Below the pieces are notes generated by a model, which saw nothing but the letters and a program-made list of their open reading frames with translations, did not search any database and was not told the DNA's origin. The position numbers and the translations under genes are program-made. Positions 1 through 13,300 of a DNA stretch of 64,000 nt are shown here, piece by piece. Source of the stretch: Monocercomonoides exilis PA203 (lineage: Eukaryota > Protista > Preaxostyla); assembly GCA_001643675.2 (NCBI GenBank), contig LSRY02000005.1:1302001-1366000 (forward strand), given 5' to 3'. How positions within the stretch are numbered: position 1 is the first letter of the stretch; each line of letters begins with the position of its first letter.

Positions 1-2
1 AG

Positions 3-1091
3 CCCATTCCTTCTCAGTGCGTCGTGTCTAAGAACGTGAGAGATGCAAACTTATCAGTTTTGACAGGCCTTTGGACGCAGATCACGCACAAGATTGGAGG
101 AACTTGCTGGGCGATTGATCCTCCTGATTGGGCAAGGCCTCTGCCCCCAACAGTGGACGTGCCATCTGAAACCGCTTCTTCCTCAGCTACTCCGTCTTCT
201 TCAGCTTCAGCTTCAGCGTCAGCTTCATCCTCAGCCTCAGTTTCCGCATCAGCTTCGGATACATCAAATGCTAAGCGTCAGCCAGCGTCAAAATCGAAAA
301 AAGGAGGAAAACAGATGCAAATGCCAGCACTAGAGCAGTCAGTGAATACGATGCGCATTCTCCCAGGCGATGGGAATGTGATGGTGCTGTCTATTGATGT
401 GTCTCGCTCAAAAGGCCGCCTTGAAGGAACAATTGCAATGATAGCCTCTATGAGTCGGGACATGACTAGGACTTACAAGAGAACAGCCCCTTGCAAGCAG
501 AAGAAAGAGATTGTTGGAGGAAATCTGTGGTTCGTGTTTTTGAAGAGCGCGCTTGACGAGTACAAAGCGATTAACAAAAATCTTCCTTCATACATAATTG
601 AGTATCGCGATGGTGTTGGTGACGCACAATTGAACGATGTGGTGGGAGTGGAATATGAACAGATGCTGCGTGCATTTAGTGTATTTGACGAAGGAGAGGT
701 TAAATATCGTCCCCGCCATGCTGTGATTGTGGTGGACAAGAGGATCCACCACCGCTTCTTCACAGCTGATGGTCAGAATCCTCCTCCAGGCACGGTGGTT
801 GACAGTGTGGTAACGTCTGATTTCTACTACGACTGGTTCCTCATCCCTCAGAAAGTGGATTATCGCACAACAGCGCTGCCAACACGCTATGTGGTGGTTG
901 TTGATGAGACAGGCCTTGCATCAGAGGAACTGATTAACTTTAGTAACTGTCTGTGCTACAATTATTGCAACTACTTTGGAGCTATTTCGCTTCCTCTTCC
1001 TCTTCAGGAGGCGCATAAGCTTTCTATATTTGGTCAAGAAATATTAGGCAATCTGAATTCTAAAAATCCGCATCGTCCTTATCAATATTAG
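3..1091 (+). CDS. Argonaute/Piwi-family protein, MID-PIWI C-terminal part (5' end outside window)
   Basis: The frame is open from position 3 (PIPSQCVV...KIGG, MID motif). PIWI motifs SIDV, YRDGVGDAQ, DKRIHHRFF, NPPPGTVVD, PTRY and LPLPLQEAHKL follow, with TAG at 1089-1091. Catalytic D/E/D/H codons are at 396, 507, 609 and 1014. Confidence 0.95.
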   Translation, partial: PIPSQCVVSKNVRDANLSVLTGLWTQITHKIGGTCWAIDPPDWARPLPPTVDVPSETASSSATPSSSASASASASSSASVSASASDTSNAKRQPASKSKKGGKQMQMPALEQSVNTMRILPGDGNVMVLSIDVSRSKGRLEGTIAMIASMSRDMTRTYKRTAPCKQKKEIVGGNLWFVFLKSALDEYKAINKNLPSYIIEYRDGVGDAQLNDVVGVEYEQMLRAFSVFDEGEVKYRPRHAVIVVDKRIHHRFFTADGQNPPPGTVVDSVVTSDFYYDWFLIPQKVDYRTTALPTRYVVVVDETGLASEELINFSNCLCYNYCNYFGAISLPLPLQEAHKLSIFGQEILGNLNSKNPHRPYQY

Positions 1092-1684
1092 GCTTTTCCA
1101 AAAAGAAACGAGAGAACACAGTTTTGTTGTGGATGATATGCTTTTTTGAAGAGGATCTTTTAATTTAAGATGGAAAAATTCAGGAATTATGGAAAAGAGT
1201 CGATAATTAAAAACAGAAAATTTGATGACCGAAAGAAAATTTGAAAAAAAAAGAAATTGCTTTATATTTGTAATTTTCTTTATTTTTCTTTTTTAATTTG
1301 AATCCCCCAAGATTTCATTAACATCAAAAATTTTTTATTGATTACGTTTTCTTTTGAATTTTTGCTTTTCTTTTCCATAGTTCAATGCAATTTTTCTGCT
1401 TGATTTTTTTTGCTATTTGGAAGAGTAATTGCCATTTATTATTCTTTTTTTCCTTCTTTTGAAAATAGGATATATCCTAATGCTGAAGGAGCATGCCCCG
1501 AATCTTCTCGAATTTCAAACTTTTTTTTTTTTTTTTTTTTTTCCGACATTTTTTGACATTTTTTGGCATGGTTATTGTATTGTTTGTCTTTTTGAACAAA
1601 AATTTTCAGTTTTTCATTAACCTTTTCGGGGTATGATCCTTCTGTATTAGGATCTATTTCTCTTTTCATATCTTTCACTTGCTA

Positions 1685-1686
1685 TT

Positions 1687-1782
<96 letters not shown>

Positions 1783-1963
1783 TCCTTCCTTCCTTCCTTC
1801 CTTCCTTCCTTCCTTCCTTCCTTCCTTCCTTCCTTCCTTCCTTCCTTCCTTCCTTCCTTCCTTCCTTCCTTCCTTCCTTCCTTCCTTCCTTCCTTCCTTC
1901 CTTCCTTCCTTCCTTCCTTCCTTCCTTTCTTTCTTTCTTTCTTTCCTTCCTTCCTTCCTTCCT
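1685..1963. repeat. Compound tetranucleotide microsatellite (TTTC)n-(TTCC)n-(TTTC)n-(TTCC)n
   Basis: Directly visible, ~280-bp pure pyrimidine tract between two convergent genes. Confidence 0.97.
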
Positions 1964-2507
1964 TTTTTCCTTTTTTCCTTTGCATTTGATTTTGATAAAT
2001 GGAATTTATTCCTTCCAAAAAGCTTTGATTTATTTTAACATTTTTCATTGCATCATTGCATCATTGTTCTTGTTTGTTTTTTCAACGCTTCACTCAAGTT
2101 TATTTTGATTTTATTGATAAGTGTAATGAAACCAAGTCAACAACAGTAAAATTTCTTTTGCTAACATAGATATTCTTCAATAACAATGAGTTGCACATTT
2201 CAAAACCATTTGTAATGTTGCATTTCTTAAACGTGAAAAAATCAGTCATACTATTTTAGTTAGCTTTTGATTTCAAATTGAAAAAAAAAAAAAAGAAAGA
2301 AAGAAAAGATTCCGATCTTTTTCAAACTGTATTTTACAGTTATTATTTTAAATCTCTTTGAAAATTAATCATAGTCATCGCTTTGATGATTTGTCAACGA
2401 AAAAATAAACATAAAAAACCCAAAAAGAAAAAAAAAATCAAACTGAAAATCAACAAAAACACAATTATTTATTTTAACATTTTAAAACAAAATTCACAAA
2501 CATTCAA

Positions 2508-5500
2508 CTACACTTTCAACTTGTCAAAGAACGTGCTGTATTTCATTTGGTAGGTGAATGGATCTACAACAAAATAATCTCCATTCAACGTGCATCCCCA
2601 CACCTCATATCCGTCAAATGACGAATCATCCCCTTTCATAAGCACCGAGCCTTTTCTTTTATTTGCTTGTTTTTTCTTTCGAGGCAGAGAAACAAGACTC
2701 AGCGAAGATACCGATTGAAAAGGCGCATCAGCAAGTATGCGGATCAGCTTGTATGTGTACGCATCAAACACACGAATTCCACAGCATGGAGAAGCAACCC
2801 ACACACGCCCTCCAACAGTCAGCAGCTCATTCGAACAAGAAGGTTGAATGGATTTTCCTTCATGTGAATCGTGCTTAGAAGGCGAGGCAATGATTCCTCC
2901 AGCCGCCTGTTCAAATGGAATATACAAAACAGCAGAGATCAGCGGAGTGATCGCTTTCTCCTCTGCAGTCTGTTCGAAAGCGAACGAACGGCGAAGAATG
3001 AAGCTTTGTGCATCGTATATAGAAAGAGTGCCGCTCGATGTGCCAATCCACAAAGTGCCCGCGGGCGGAGGCAGAACAGGGAACAACGCCTCGGCGTTTC
3101 GAGACGAACGGAATGGATCAAACGCAGCTGATTGAGATTGGACTGTATTGGTTGGTAGGGTGGAAGAAACAGGAGATGAGAAGGCTTGAGGAAGAGGAGG
3201 GTTTGAGACAGAAGAAGGAGATTGCGATGGTGAAGGAGAAGAATTCGGTAATGATTTCGAAGAACCTGAAGCAGCTGTCGAGGCAACATGAGATTCAACC
3301 TGTACTGAAGCATCTGGAGTTGCCAGAGAAGGACAGCAAAATATATTGTGTGATGAATCATCCTTGGAAAACTGAATGTTCAAAGCAGCGCGCTCTTTTT
3401 CGCAGGCGTCGAGGTATAGCAAATACGAAAGGATCTGTGGAGCATTTGGGGGTACATGGGCAGCAGCGGTCGGCATAAACGAAGGGTACGAAATATCTTC
3501 GCGCCTCGGGTGCGAAGAAAAGACTGGGCTGTCATCGAGGAACGACGACTTCTGGTCGCTGTCTTCATCATCGTCGTAGTCGTTCTCGTCTGTTCCGCTT
3601 GGCGGCTCAGGAATAACGCTCGGCTCGTCGTTGACTTGTGAAAATTGGGATTTGTCTTCTTGGAAGGGATTACCAGAAAGAAATTGATTTCCAACGTTTG
3701 ATGGATCATTGCTCGCAAATGCAGAGTTTGATGTGCCTTGTTTCTTCTTCTTCTTCTTTTTCTTCTTTATAATGATCTTTGTCGTGTTTGGATTAAATGA
3801 CCGGCTAATCCTCAGACCTGCCGAAGATCGAATAGCCATTGAACGAGGAATCGACACAGTGGCTCTGGAAGGAAAGCGCCGAGCAGCGATCTCTGGCAAC
3901 ACACTCATCTGTTTGTATTCCTGTAACCTGCTCTCTGAAGCCGTGTTCGGATTGTAATCAATACTGTTTGCATTCTGTTTATTTAAATATGTAGCTTCAT
4001 GTGACTCTGGAGGGAGAGGGGGAGGATGAGGATGAGGAACGGGAGAAGACACAGAAGCAGCAGAGGAGGATCTCGAATGGGATGTGTTGGCTCGAGACAG
4101 CACCTGAGTGGTTGAAGCATCACTTGGCTGAGGCTTGCTTTCCTTTTGATGGGGCGAATTCGCAATCACAAAGAAGTCGTCGAACTGAGGCGATTCTGAG
4201 TCTGAGCGAGTTGGGAATTCATTTTCTTTATCTGCAACTTTTGCAAATGATGAACTTGTTATGTTTGCTTTGTTTTCGTCGAGATCATTTTGCATTGCTT
4301 CTCTTGTGTTTGTAATTGTCTTGCTTCTTCCAGACGAAGTAGTTTGCGAATGGAGTTGTTGCTGCTGTGCTTTCAGAAGTGCCTCACCTGGCTGAGAAGG
4401 AGCTTTAACTTCTTCTGCTTCTGCTTCCGCGTCTGCTTCTGCTTCTGATTCGCTTTTAGAGTCATTCGAAGAAGTGTCATTTTGCTTCGCTCTGCTCTTC
4501 CTGATGATGTCTGAGAGCTCTTCGTCTTGATCCTCCTCTTCCTCATTCTCATCGAAGCCTTCCATCAGCCCTGCTTTGGCCATTCGTGCTGTTAATTCCT
4601 TTGCTGACGAGGCTGACACTGAAGAACTGCGCGAATTAGGTGTCGAGGTTGCATTTGGAGAGTTTTGAGTCTTCGATTCGTTCAAATTCGAAAAAGAAGA
4701 AGAAGAAGAAGAAGATTTTCTCGTTTGAAGCTGAAGATTGTGCGGTTGTGTTTGCGTTGGTGCTTTCTCTGCATTGCTTTGCTGATCTGCATTGCTTCCG
4801 TTGTCTTGCTCCATCTCTTCGCTTGTATCTCTTGTCATTGACATATGCAGCTGTGATGATGCTTCCTTTTGCACAGTGTCTCCAAGCTTTCCTGCTTGGG
4901 AGGAGTCTCTCAAGCCGTCAAGTTGGTACGTTCCTCTTCTTTTCGGCCGAACTCTCACTCGAAACAAGATCCGGCTTTGCGACCTGCTTCGTATCCCGCC
5001 GCGGGTGATTTTGGATGGCCTTCCCCTGAAACTCCTGGATGCCTCCGGATGAAGCTGCATCTGCCTGTGCAAGTCCTTCGGAATGAACGGTACGAAAAAC
5101 CGCTCGCGAAAATCAGCTGAAACAGCCAGCGCGTGGCGTGGGGCGATGAACAGCGCCAAATGGCTGAACGAGAAAAGAGGGCGGACGTAGTGCATCAGCG
5201 CAAAGAAAGTGGGCGAGATAGAAAGCGGAGGCTGGGAAAGAAAAGGCTTGCTGAGCTCTACAAGTGTAGGCGTGATGTTCAAAGGATAATCCACAAAGAA
5301 CTTTGCTGTGGTGTCTTTTGGCTGTGCAGACGTTTGAATCTGAGCTGAATCAGTTCCTTGTGATGGAGCAGAGGCTGTAGCAGCAGCAGCAGCAGGAGCA
5401 GGAGAAGGTGCAGCCGTCTCAAAGACGAAGAAATGAATGGGCATTTCAGGAGGAATGGCGTGGTAGTAGACGAACTCTGTGAAGAAGTGGTAAGGCATCG

Positions 5501-6535
5501 GGAAACACATCCGGCAGAAGCAGTTTGACGGGTGTGGTGAGTATCTCGAATTGTACGGCGAAGACGAGTCCTTCAGTGACTTCTGTGCAGGCGGTGCAGG
5601 AGTCGACGAGGCAGCAGAGAGCGAAGCAGACATGGACGAAGGCGCTGCTGCCGAGGAAGAAAGCAGCTGTGATGAAACAGGCTGCTCCTGGCTGATGTTT
5701 TGGTTGGCTGGTTCGCTTGTGGGCGAGAGCGGGCGCTTGCTGTAAGGAGGGAACGAGCCCAACGCGCCCATCCCAGGCGACAGCCCGACCGCAGTGCCGA
5801 CGCTCCTCAGAGCAGTGCTGCCGGGGCGTGCGGCCATTCCCATGCGGAGTGCAGGCACTTTCCCGTGGCGCTGCTTGGTGACCCGCGCGGCTGGCTCGGC
5901 CATTGCCTCCGACAGCGCAAGGGTGACGAGAGAGGGCTGGCCTGCTTCTGATGGAGAGGAGAAAGACTGTGCAGGAACATGCGACATAAACTGAGGGGCG
6001 GACGGATATGACGAGGCAACAGAGGAAACAGAGGCGAGTGAAGGGAGAGGAACGGATGGGAGATTGGGAGAATCGAACTGGCTGGTGTTTGACTGAGAAA
6101 GATGAGAAGGAAGGGCAGAAGAAGAAGAAAGAGATGATGAAACATTGAGTGGAGAAGAAGAAGTAATTGTTGAAAAAACAGAAGAATTCGAAGACGAAGA
6201 CGAAGACGAAGTTGAAGATGAAATCGGTACAGCTTCGACATGAGCTGTTGATCCACCAGCAAACTTGCTGCTGTTCGGAGAAACAGAAGGCGATGCAGAG
6301 TTGCGAGGAGAAGGAGATGGAGTAGTGTCCAACGTAACGGAGTCAGGTGAATGGTCCTCTGGTGCATACTCAGAAAAGTGCTGTAGACTGCTTTCGGTTC
6401 CGCCGATTGGCACGTGGCGCGGTGAGGGAGACGAGGAAGAGGCAACAGGAACAAAGTTGGATGATTCGATTGAAGGAGAATGGGAATGCGGATGAGAGCG
6501 TAAATGATCAGAAGGAGGCGAAAATTCAGAGGAAT

Positions 6536-6566
<31 letters not shown>

Positions 6567-9500
6567 GGAAGAAGAGGATAATGGTGGTGACAAAGGAGAA
6601 GAAGAAGGAGAAAAAATCTGAACATCCGAAGACCCACCAGAAAACTCTTGTCTAATACCAGGCGATGAAGAAGTACGAATTAATTGTTCGCCACTTGAGT
6701 CAAGAGCATTTGCTTCTGAGAATGTCACAATGGATGTTTCCATGCTTCCTTCTTGTGATGTTTGAACAGTGCTTACCAGAAGCGGATCACGAGTCTTAGG
6801 GAGAATCGGAGCATTTGACAATGACATCGATGAAGATGGCGAGGATGAGAAAGATACAGCAGAAATAGCACTCGAATTCATTGCTGAAGAAGCAGAGAAC
6901 GAAGAATGCGTCAGAAGCCCCGCTGAAGTCAGCGAAGAAGACAGAATTCCAGAAAGCGGAAGAGAAGACGCAGGCCCCTCTGAAAACTGCATCGAATGGA
7001 GCACTCCGTTGCCGCCGTAAGTGGCAGAGAGCGGATGGGCAGCTGGAGACGACGAGACGGGCGACGAAGACTGCTGATCAATGACAGGCACGTCATTCAG
7101 GCGCTGCGGTTTAAAGTCCGGCGCTTTGAAAGGAAGCGGCACGGAGATTGGAGAGCTGTTTGCTGTCTGGTTGAGACTGATGTGCTGAGGAGCTGCCGAA
7201 AGGAACTGGGAAGAAGGTGACTGCGAATTTGATTGCTCGCCTGCAGCTGAGTCAAGAGACTGGAACGAACTCGACGAAATGGAAGGAGCTTCAGCAATCT
7301 GCCGCGGCGAGTGCAGCGCTGAGAGGCTCCGGAACATCGCAGGGAGAGGAAGGAGCCTGTACTGCTTGTCTCTGCTTGGCGGGCGCGCTGGCTTGAAATG
7401 GGGTACAGATAGTGCCAGTTGGATGTCTGCAATGGGAAGCGACGGCAGCTGGTGCGGTGACTCGATGTTCCGCTTCCCGTCTTTGTCCTCCCGCTCGACC
7501 TGGATGCAGCACCCGTCTCTGCGCACAATCCACGTGACACACAGCGGAACCCTGTCTGCTGCACAGAAGAGCGCCAGACGCGTGCGGAGCGCTGGTTCCA
7601 TCTGCTGTGCGGAGACGAAGGAGATCCACTGCGCATCACACTCAGAGCTCAAAGGGCTGCTGCAGCAGTGCGACAGAAGCGAAGAAACAGACGAGGCAGA
7701 AGGAATGTGAGGCAAGCTGTGAGAAAGGCTGTGAAGTGGAGGAGGATGCTGGTCAAAGATGGGGATGTGGCAGATGAAATACTGCGGCGTGCGGAAGTAA
7801 GGGAAGTGGAAGAGATTGTGTGAGTTGAGGGGCGGCTCAGGGAACAAAACAGGAAAGCTTTGCTTCAAGTTGGATGTGACAGCATCGAATACAAACAAAG
7901 CTGACTGATTGTTCACAACCCACACTTCGTTTTCAAAGGCACTGCCAAGCACAGAAAACCGGTGATTGCTCTTTCTGTTCTTCTTACAAAAGCGAGGCGG
8001 AAGCTGTGGGATTGGTTCCTTTTGCTGCCAGACATCTGAATCGAGGCTGAGCGAAATCGAAGCGATGCGGCGAATGAACGGGGTGATGCGTGTGTGTGAC
8101 GCGACCGCAGAAGGCTCAGAGGCAAGAAGCGAAAGAAGAGCGTTCTGTGAAGGAGACTCAGTCAGCGGGACAAACAGCGAGGGAGTGCTGGAGAGTGTTG
8201 GTGCGAGCATCTGGAAAATACTGGCTGGGTTGCGGCGGTTGAAATAGAATACGCTTCCGTCAACCGACGCGAGAGCGACAAGAGGAGAAGGTTTCGGCAT
8301 CGATAGAGAGGAGAAGGAAGAAATGCGAACGAAAGGCACATATGTTTTTGTGGTTGGCGTAAGAAATGAAGAAGAATTGTTGGATGAACCGGTAAAATAC
8401 GGGAGAGGAGTCGCTGGCAAAATGGAGGAAGAGGAGGCAGATAGAGAACAATACATCATACGCAGAAGACTTGAGGATGGAGATATTTTGGCGAGTGATG
8501 GCATGGACGGGTTCGAAAAGGAGCTGAAAACGGTTTCTGGAGACTTCAGCTGCTTGATTGTGAAATGGGTAAGACATGAAATGACGGCAGGGTTGGAGAT
8601 GCGGTGAAGTGCAAGCGAGAGAGGAGTCTGGTGGAATGAGTCTTCGATGCGGAGGTCAGAGATCGGGCAGAGCAGGCCGATGACTTCCAGCGGGCAGCGC
8701 GAGGCCACCGCAAGATGCAGCGGCGTGGCGCCGTTCTTCTGCTCTCGGGCGACGGGACTGATGTTCGACTGAAGCGCCCCGACAACCAGCTGCCGGAAGC
8801 TGTCAAAGCTCGCCTGCGACTCAACAAGTCGCGGGCCCATCCGGCAGAGCACGTGGAGCACGTTGCCGAGCGAGGACGAAGACGAAGACGAAGACGTGGA
8901 AGTGGAAGAGGACGAGGAAGATGCTGCTGAAGCTGAATAAGACAGCGGCTGGTGCTGGGCTAAGTCACTGCCAGAAGCAGGGGTGGGACAGACTGTGCTT
9001 TCGGTGTCGACAATGTTGCTGAGCGTAGCACCGTATCGGTACAGCAGCGCTGCACGGACGATGTTCTTGCTGATCAGTACGAGGTTGATTGGAGTCTCGC
9101 CTTTGTTGTTCTTCGCGTTGATGTCGCACCCGGCAGCAATCAGGGCAGCAATGCACTGCTCAAGCACCTTGTCAGATGTGGGCGACACAGCAAGCTCGTG
9201 GAACGGCGAATCTCCAAAGGTCTTTGTTCGATAGGAAGACGGATCTTTTGCGTCCACTAAGTTAGATGACGACAAAGACTGAGAAAATGCGTTTCTGTTA
9301 CGAAAATCTTTTAAAAGAATCTTAATGGCTTCTAAATCTCCCTGTGCGCACGCAATGTGCAGCGGAGCTTCGCCATTTTCATCGCTTTTCTCTCGATCAG
9401 CTCCTGAAGCAATAAGGAGTTTCATCATTTCATGAGATCTTGATTGGCACGCAAAGTGAAGCGGAGTTTTCCCATGCGTCGTAGCACAGTTAACTTCAGC

Positions 9501-10195
9501 GCCTTTCTCAATCAAATAACGAGCCATATCAATCTTGTTTTTATAACACGCTCGCGATAACAGAGAATGATTCTAACATAAAAAATCCGAACAGTTTTTA
9601 ATGAAAAATGGAATGAGTTTAATGACAAACATCATCATCGGGGTTCTGAAATGATGCAGCAACTCCAATATTCAAAAGTGAAACAAGTTGATCTAATCTG
9701 TTTGAATTTGTTATAACTTTCATTGCTTGTTTTCCCCCTTCTTTTTTAGCCTTTTCAAGTGTTTCTGGATTTGAAAAGTCTCGAAATAACTTTTAATTTT
9801 CAAAATTAAACAATTCAAAAATTGAGATAAAAAAAGCATTACCTTCAACACATTCATCCATTCACCTCTAACTTCTTTTGATGAAGCACCAAGAAAATGT
9901 GTGCTATTTTCATTTTCTATTATTTTGAAAACGTATATTTTTGTTTGATTAGATTTTTGTTCTGGCTCATCAACAATTTCAAATGAAGCGAGCCTCAAAG
10001 ATATGCGAAGTTGTGGTGTTTCAGACTTTTTAAGAAAAAAATGAAATTAAAAGAGTTAACGAAATAATAATATACCTTTTCAGTTTGGTACAATTCAAGT
10101 CCTGTAGATTTCAAAACAAACAAGCATTGCTTCCAGTCTCTGAAAACCCCAGTGCGCCGTAATAAGACACCCTTTTTTAAGGCACCTTTTTCCAT
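2508..10195 (-). CDS. PH domain + ankyrin repeats + long Ser-rich region + WD40/beta-propeller-like segments (~2,500 aa, 4 exons)
   Basis: Exons 10195-10076, 10025-9843, 9789-9631 and 9572-2508 join in frame across GT-AG introns. PH motifs: KKGVLLRRTGVFRDWKQCLFVL and FLGASSKEVRGEWMNVLK. Ankyrin motifs: GKTPLHFAC, GEAPLHIAC, GDSPFHELA, GATPLHLAV. Confidence 0.85.
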
Positions 10196-10311
10196 ATTAC
10201 CGAATAAAAGGCAAACCAAAAAATAAAAAAAATAATAAAGGTAAAAAGAAATAATTTAATAAATAGGAAGATCACATATATTTTTTTATTTTGAAATTCA
10301 CCGTAGAAAGA
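10196..10311. promoter_or_regulatory. Probable bidirectional promoter between head-to-head genes
   Basis: Only 116 AT-rich bp separate the divergent ATGs at 10195 (-) and 10312 (+). Confidence 0.55.
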
Positions 10312-13300
10312 ATGGAAGAAATCGTTCAGCCTTCTCCTTATCAGTTTGACGATTGTTTGCATTTTATATTTCTTATTATCATCATTTTTTTTCACTGTGA
10401 ATTCATTATTTAAGTTGAGATTGTGAAAGAGATTGGACGTGGATCTTATGGTGAGGTTTATCGTGTCAAACACAAATCCGAAGATGGAGTTTTTAGAGCA
10501 TTAAAAAGGATGAAGCTGGACAGTGGGTGCCTCACTAAGGAACAGCAATGCGAAATATATTTTTCTCAAATGCTGAAAAGTCCTTATCTCGTGAATGTTG
10601 AACGGGTATATGTTCGCCCCGATGCGGATAATAAAAACTATTTATTTATGCTTATGGAATATTGCTCTCATGGTGATTTATCACAAGAAATCGAAAAATA
10701 TAAGAAAAAGAGAATGCCTCAAGATTTATTTTTGGATTACTTTTGCCAAATCCTTTTAGGCCTGCATTTTTTGCACATCAAAAATGTGGTTCATCGCGAT
10801 TTAAAGGCATGCAACATTTTGCTGTGTCACGGTGGAAGAGTTAAACTTGGAGATTTCGGATTAGTCACTCAACTTGCTCAAGGAGAAAGTTATGTTCGAA
10901 CACGAAATGGCACAAAGTATGTCGCATTTTATGGTAAATTTTGTTGAAGTTTCATTGCTTAACTTACTTCTTTTCATGATTTTCTCTTTTGTGTGTGTGA
11001 AATCAATTTGAAAAATTATTGATTTCTAATTTTTTTCATTCAAAAAATTTATTTTTTCAAAATGCAAATAGATTTTATGCATCACCAGAAGTCAGATTCA
11101 AAGGAAAATTTTCCTTCAAAAGTGACATATTTTCATTGGGAATTGTGGCATATGAAATGTGTTCATATTATCGTCCGTTGGATCAAATAATTCAAAAAGA
11201 AACATCCCTTAACAGTGAGCCCTACGAAATTAAAAGAATCCCCAGCTGCTATTGCGACGAAATTTATGACATGATTTGCTCAATGATTCAGAAAGTTTGA
11301 ATTCAAAGTGAATATCAAAATGAATAAATGAAATGAACTTATCAATTTTTTTATAGGAGGAAAGTGAAAGGCCTACGACAGACAAACTTATCTCATTGCC
11401 CATTATCAGCGAACATATAACACGAAGGAATTTTGTTATTCCAGCAAGACCAAACATTACAGAAGAAGAAAAGAGGTTCTTCAGTTTTCTCTATTTTTTA
11501 AGTTGCTTGTTAATAACAATTCAAAACAATAATATTTTTCCTTGTGCTTATTCTAAACCAAACAGCTCAGACAGGTATAAGCAGCTTCTGTTCTTGTACA
11601 AACTGGAACATTTCAAACGAGTGCAATTAGAGCAGGCTATTCGAGACCATGGATTTTTCAATCGAGCCCTTTCAACTTACACCCGCTCTCTCTCAACACA
11701 GACAACAAGAAGTGAAGAACAAAATTTGTATTTTTCTGTTTCAAAGGAAGATGCAGAGTATGTTGCACTCGATGGAAAGCGCACGACAGCCTTGTGGAAT
11801 GAGTCTATATTCCGAATGATAACCACAAAGCTGGTGATAACAAAGGGTATCTGGCGTGTGAAGTTCAAAGTTCAGAGAAAGAGCTCCGAAAGAAATAAGT
11901 TGATGCCGTTTGTGGGAGCGTCACTTTTCTTGCCTCAGTTAAGTTCTTCTGAACCTTTTGGAAGAGATGCGAATTCTGTGGCATTGTTCCAAAATGGAGA
12001 CGTGTGGTACGAAAACAGAAAAAGCAATGCTAAAGGCATAAAATGGTCAGACGACGGAACAATTGAGATGGAAATTGACATGAACAAGAGAAGGCTGTGC
12101 TTTTACAGCAACAAAGAAAGGCATCCAGTTTATTTTACAAACATTCCTTCTCAGATTGTGCTGGGTGTTGGCCTCTTCATGAAAGGCGACAAGGTCGAAA
12201 TTGCCAGATTCAAAAGATGTATTTTCTCGAAATTTCAGCCAGAAGAGAGCGACGAGCCAATGACCTGGGGAGGTGATATGTGCTTGAAGACGTTTGCTCG
12301 CCCCAGTGAAGAAGGACTAATTGAAGCGCTGAGTATTGATGAATCGACTGTTCTCTGGAAAAAGACTCAGCCTGGAATGGCTGTCACGCAAATGGTCATC
12401 ATCGAAGGCATTTGGCGTCTTGAGGTGGAGCTTAGCTGGCCAGATGCAGCTTGTGGCAGCTCAACTGCTGACGGTGCGACCTCAGAAGACACAACAAAAA
12501 AAGAACAAGAATGCGATTGCGATTTTGACGAAGGGGAGATGATTGGCATCGGAATTGCTGGGATACCTCGAATTGGGCTGACTGACTTGAATTGTTTTGG
12601 CGATGATATCAATTCCTGTTGCTATACGTCAAATGGAGGTGTTACCGTTGGAAAGAGCAACATTATAAGTGGAAACGAACCGTTTGAAGCAGAGCATAAT
12701 GACAGCACAGGAAGAATAAGATGTGTAATTGGTGTGGAAGTCGATATGAATATGCGGAGAATGTGTTTTTTTAACAGAGGCATTCGTCAGCCTGTTTATT
12801 TCACTGATTTGCCGCCAGCTGTACAACTGGGCGTGAAGATGGAAAAGGAAGGTTCGCAAGCAACAATCATCCGATTCGAAAAGTTATTTTCATCGGCATT
12901 TGGCTGTGTGACTGAGAGAGACCGCCCTGTCGTGTTTGCAATGGACGAGTCTCTCGCGAGATTTGACTATCCGCGTGTTGATGGGCTTGCTGTGGATGAT
13001 GATCGCCTGCACGTTATATGCGGAAGGGAGAAGCGCGTGTGGCTGAACGCAAAGCGTATTATTCGCAGTGGAATATGGCATTTTTCTGTTATCTTCAGTA
13101 GCAATGCTCAGAAACCTGGCCACCTGCCTCCAATTATTGGGATTGTTGATTCTTCGCTGTGCAGGATGCCAGCCATTCCGATCACTCACAGAGCGACGAA
13201 GTTCACAGAAATCGAAGAACTTGGGAAAATTCCCGGTTCGTTGGGACTTCGAATGGATGGAGCTGTTGTTGTCAACAATAATTATGTTGGCAGTGTTAAC

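Noticed and set aside
1081-1149. +1 frame after the Argonaute stop reads INIRLFQKETREHSFVVDDMLF*, a possible alternative C-terminus
   Set aside because: No suitable intron or slippery site joins it in phase, and the natural end RPYQY* is at the expected distance from the catalytic His.
1647-2048. ORFs of KEGR/KKER and FFLS/FLPS repeats
   Set aside because: Translation artefacts of the microsatellite.
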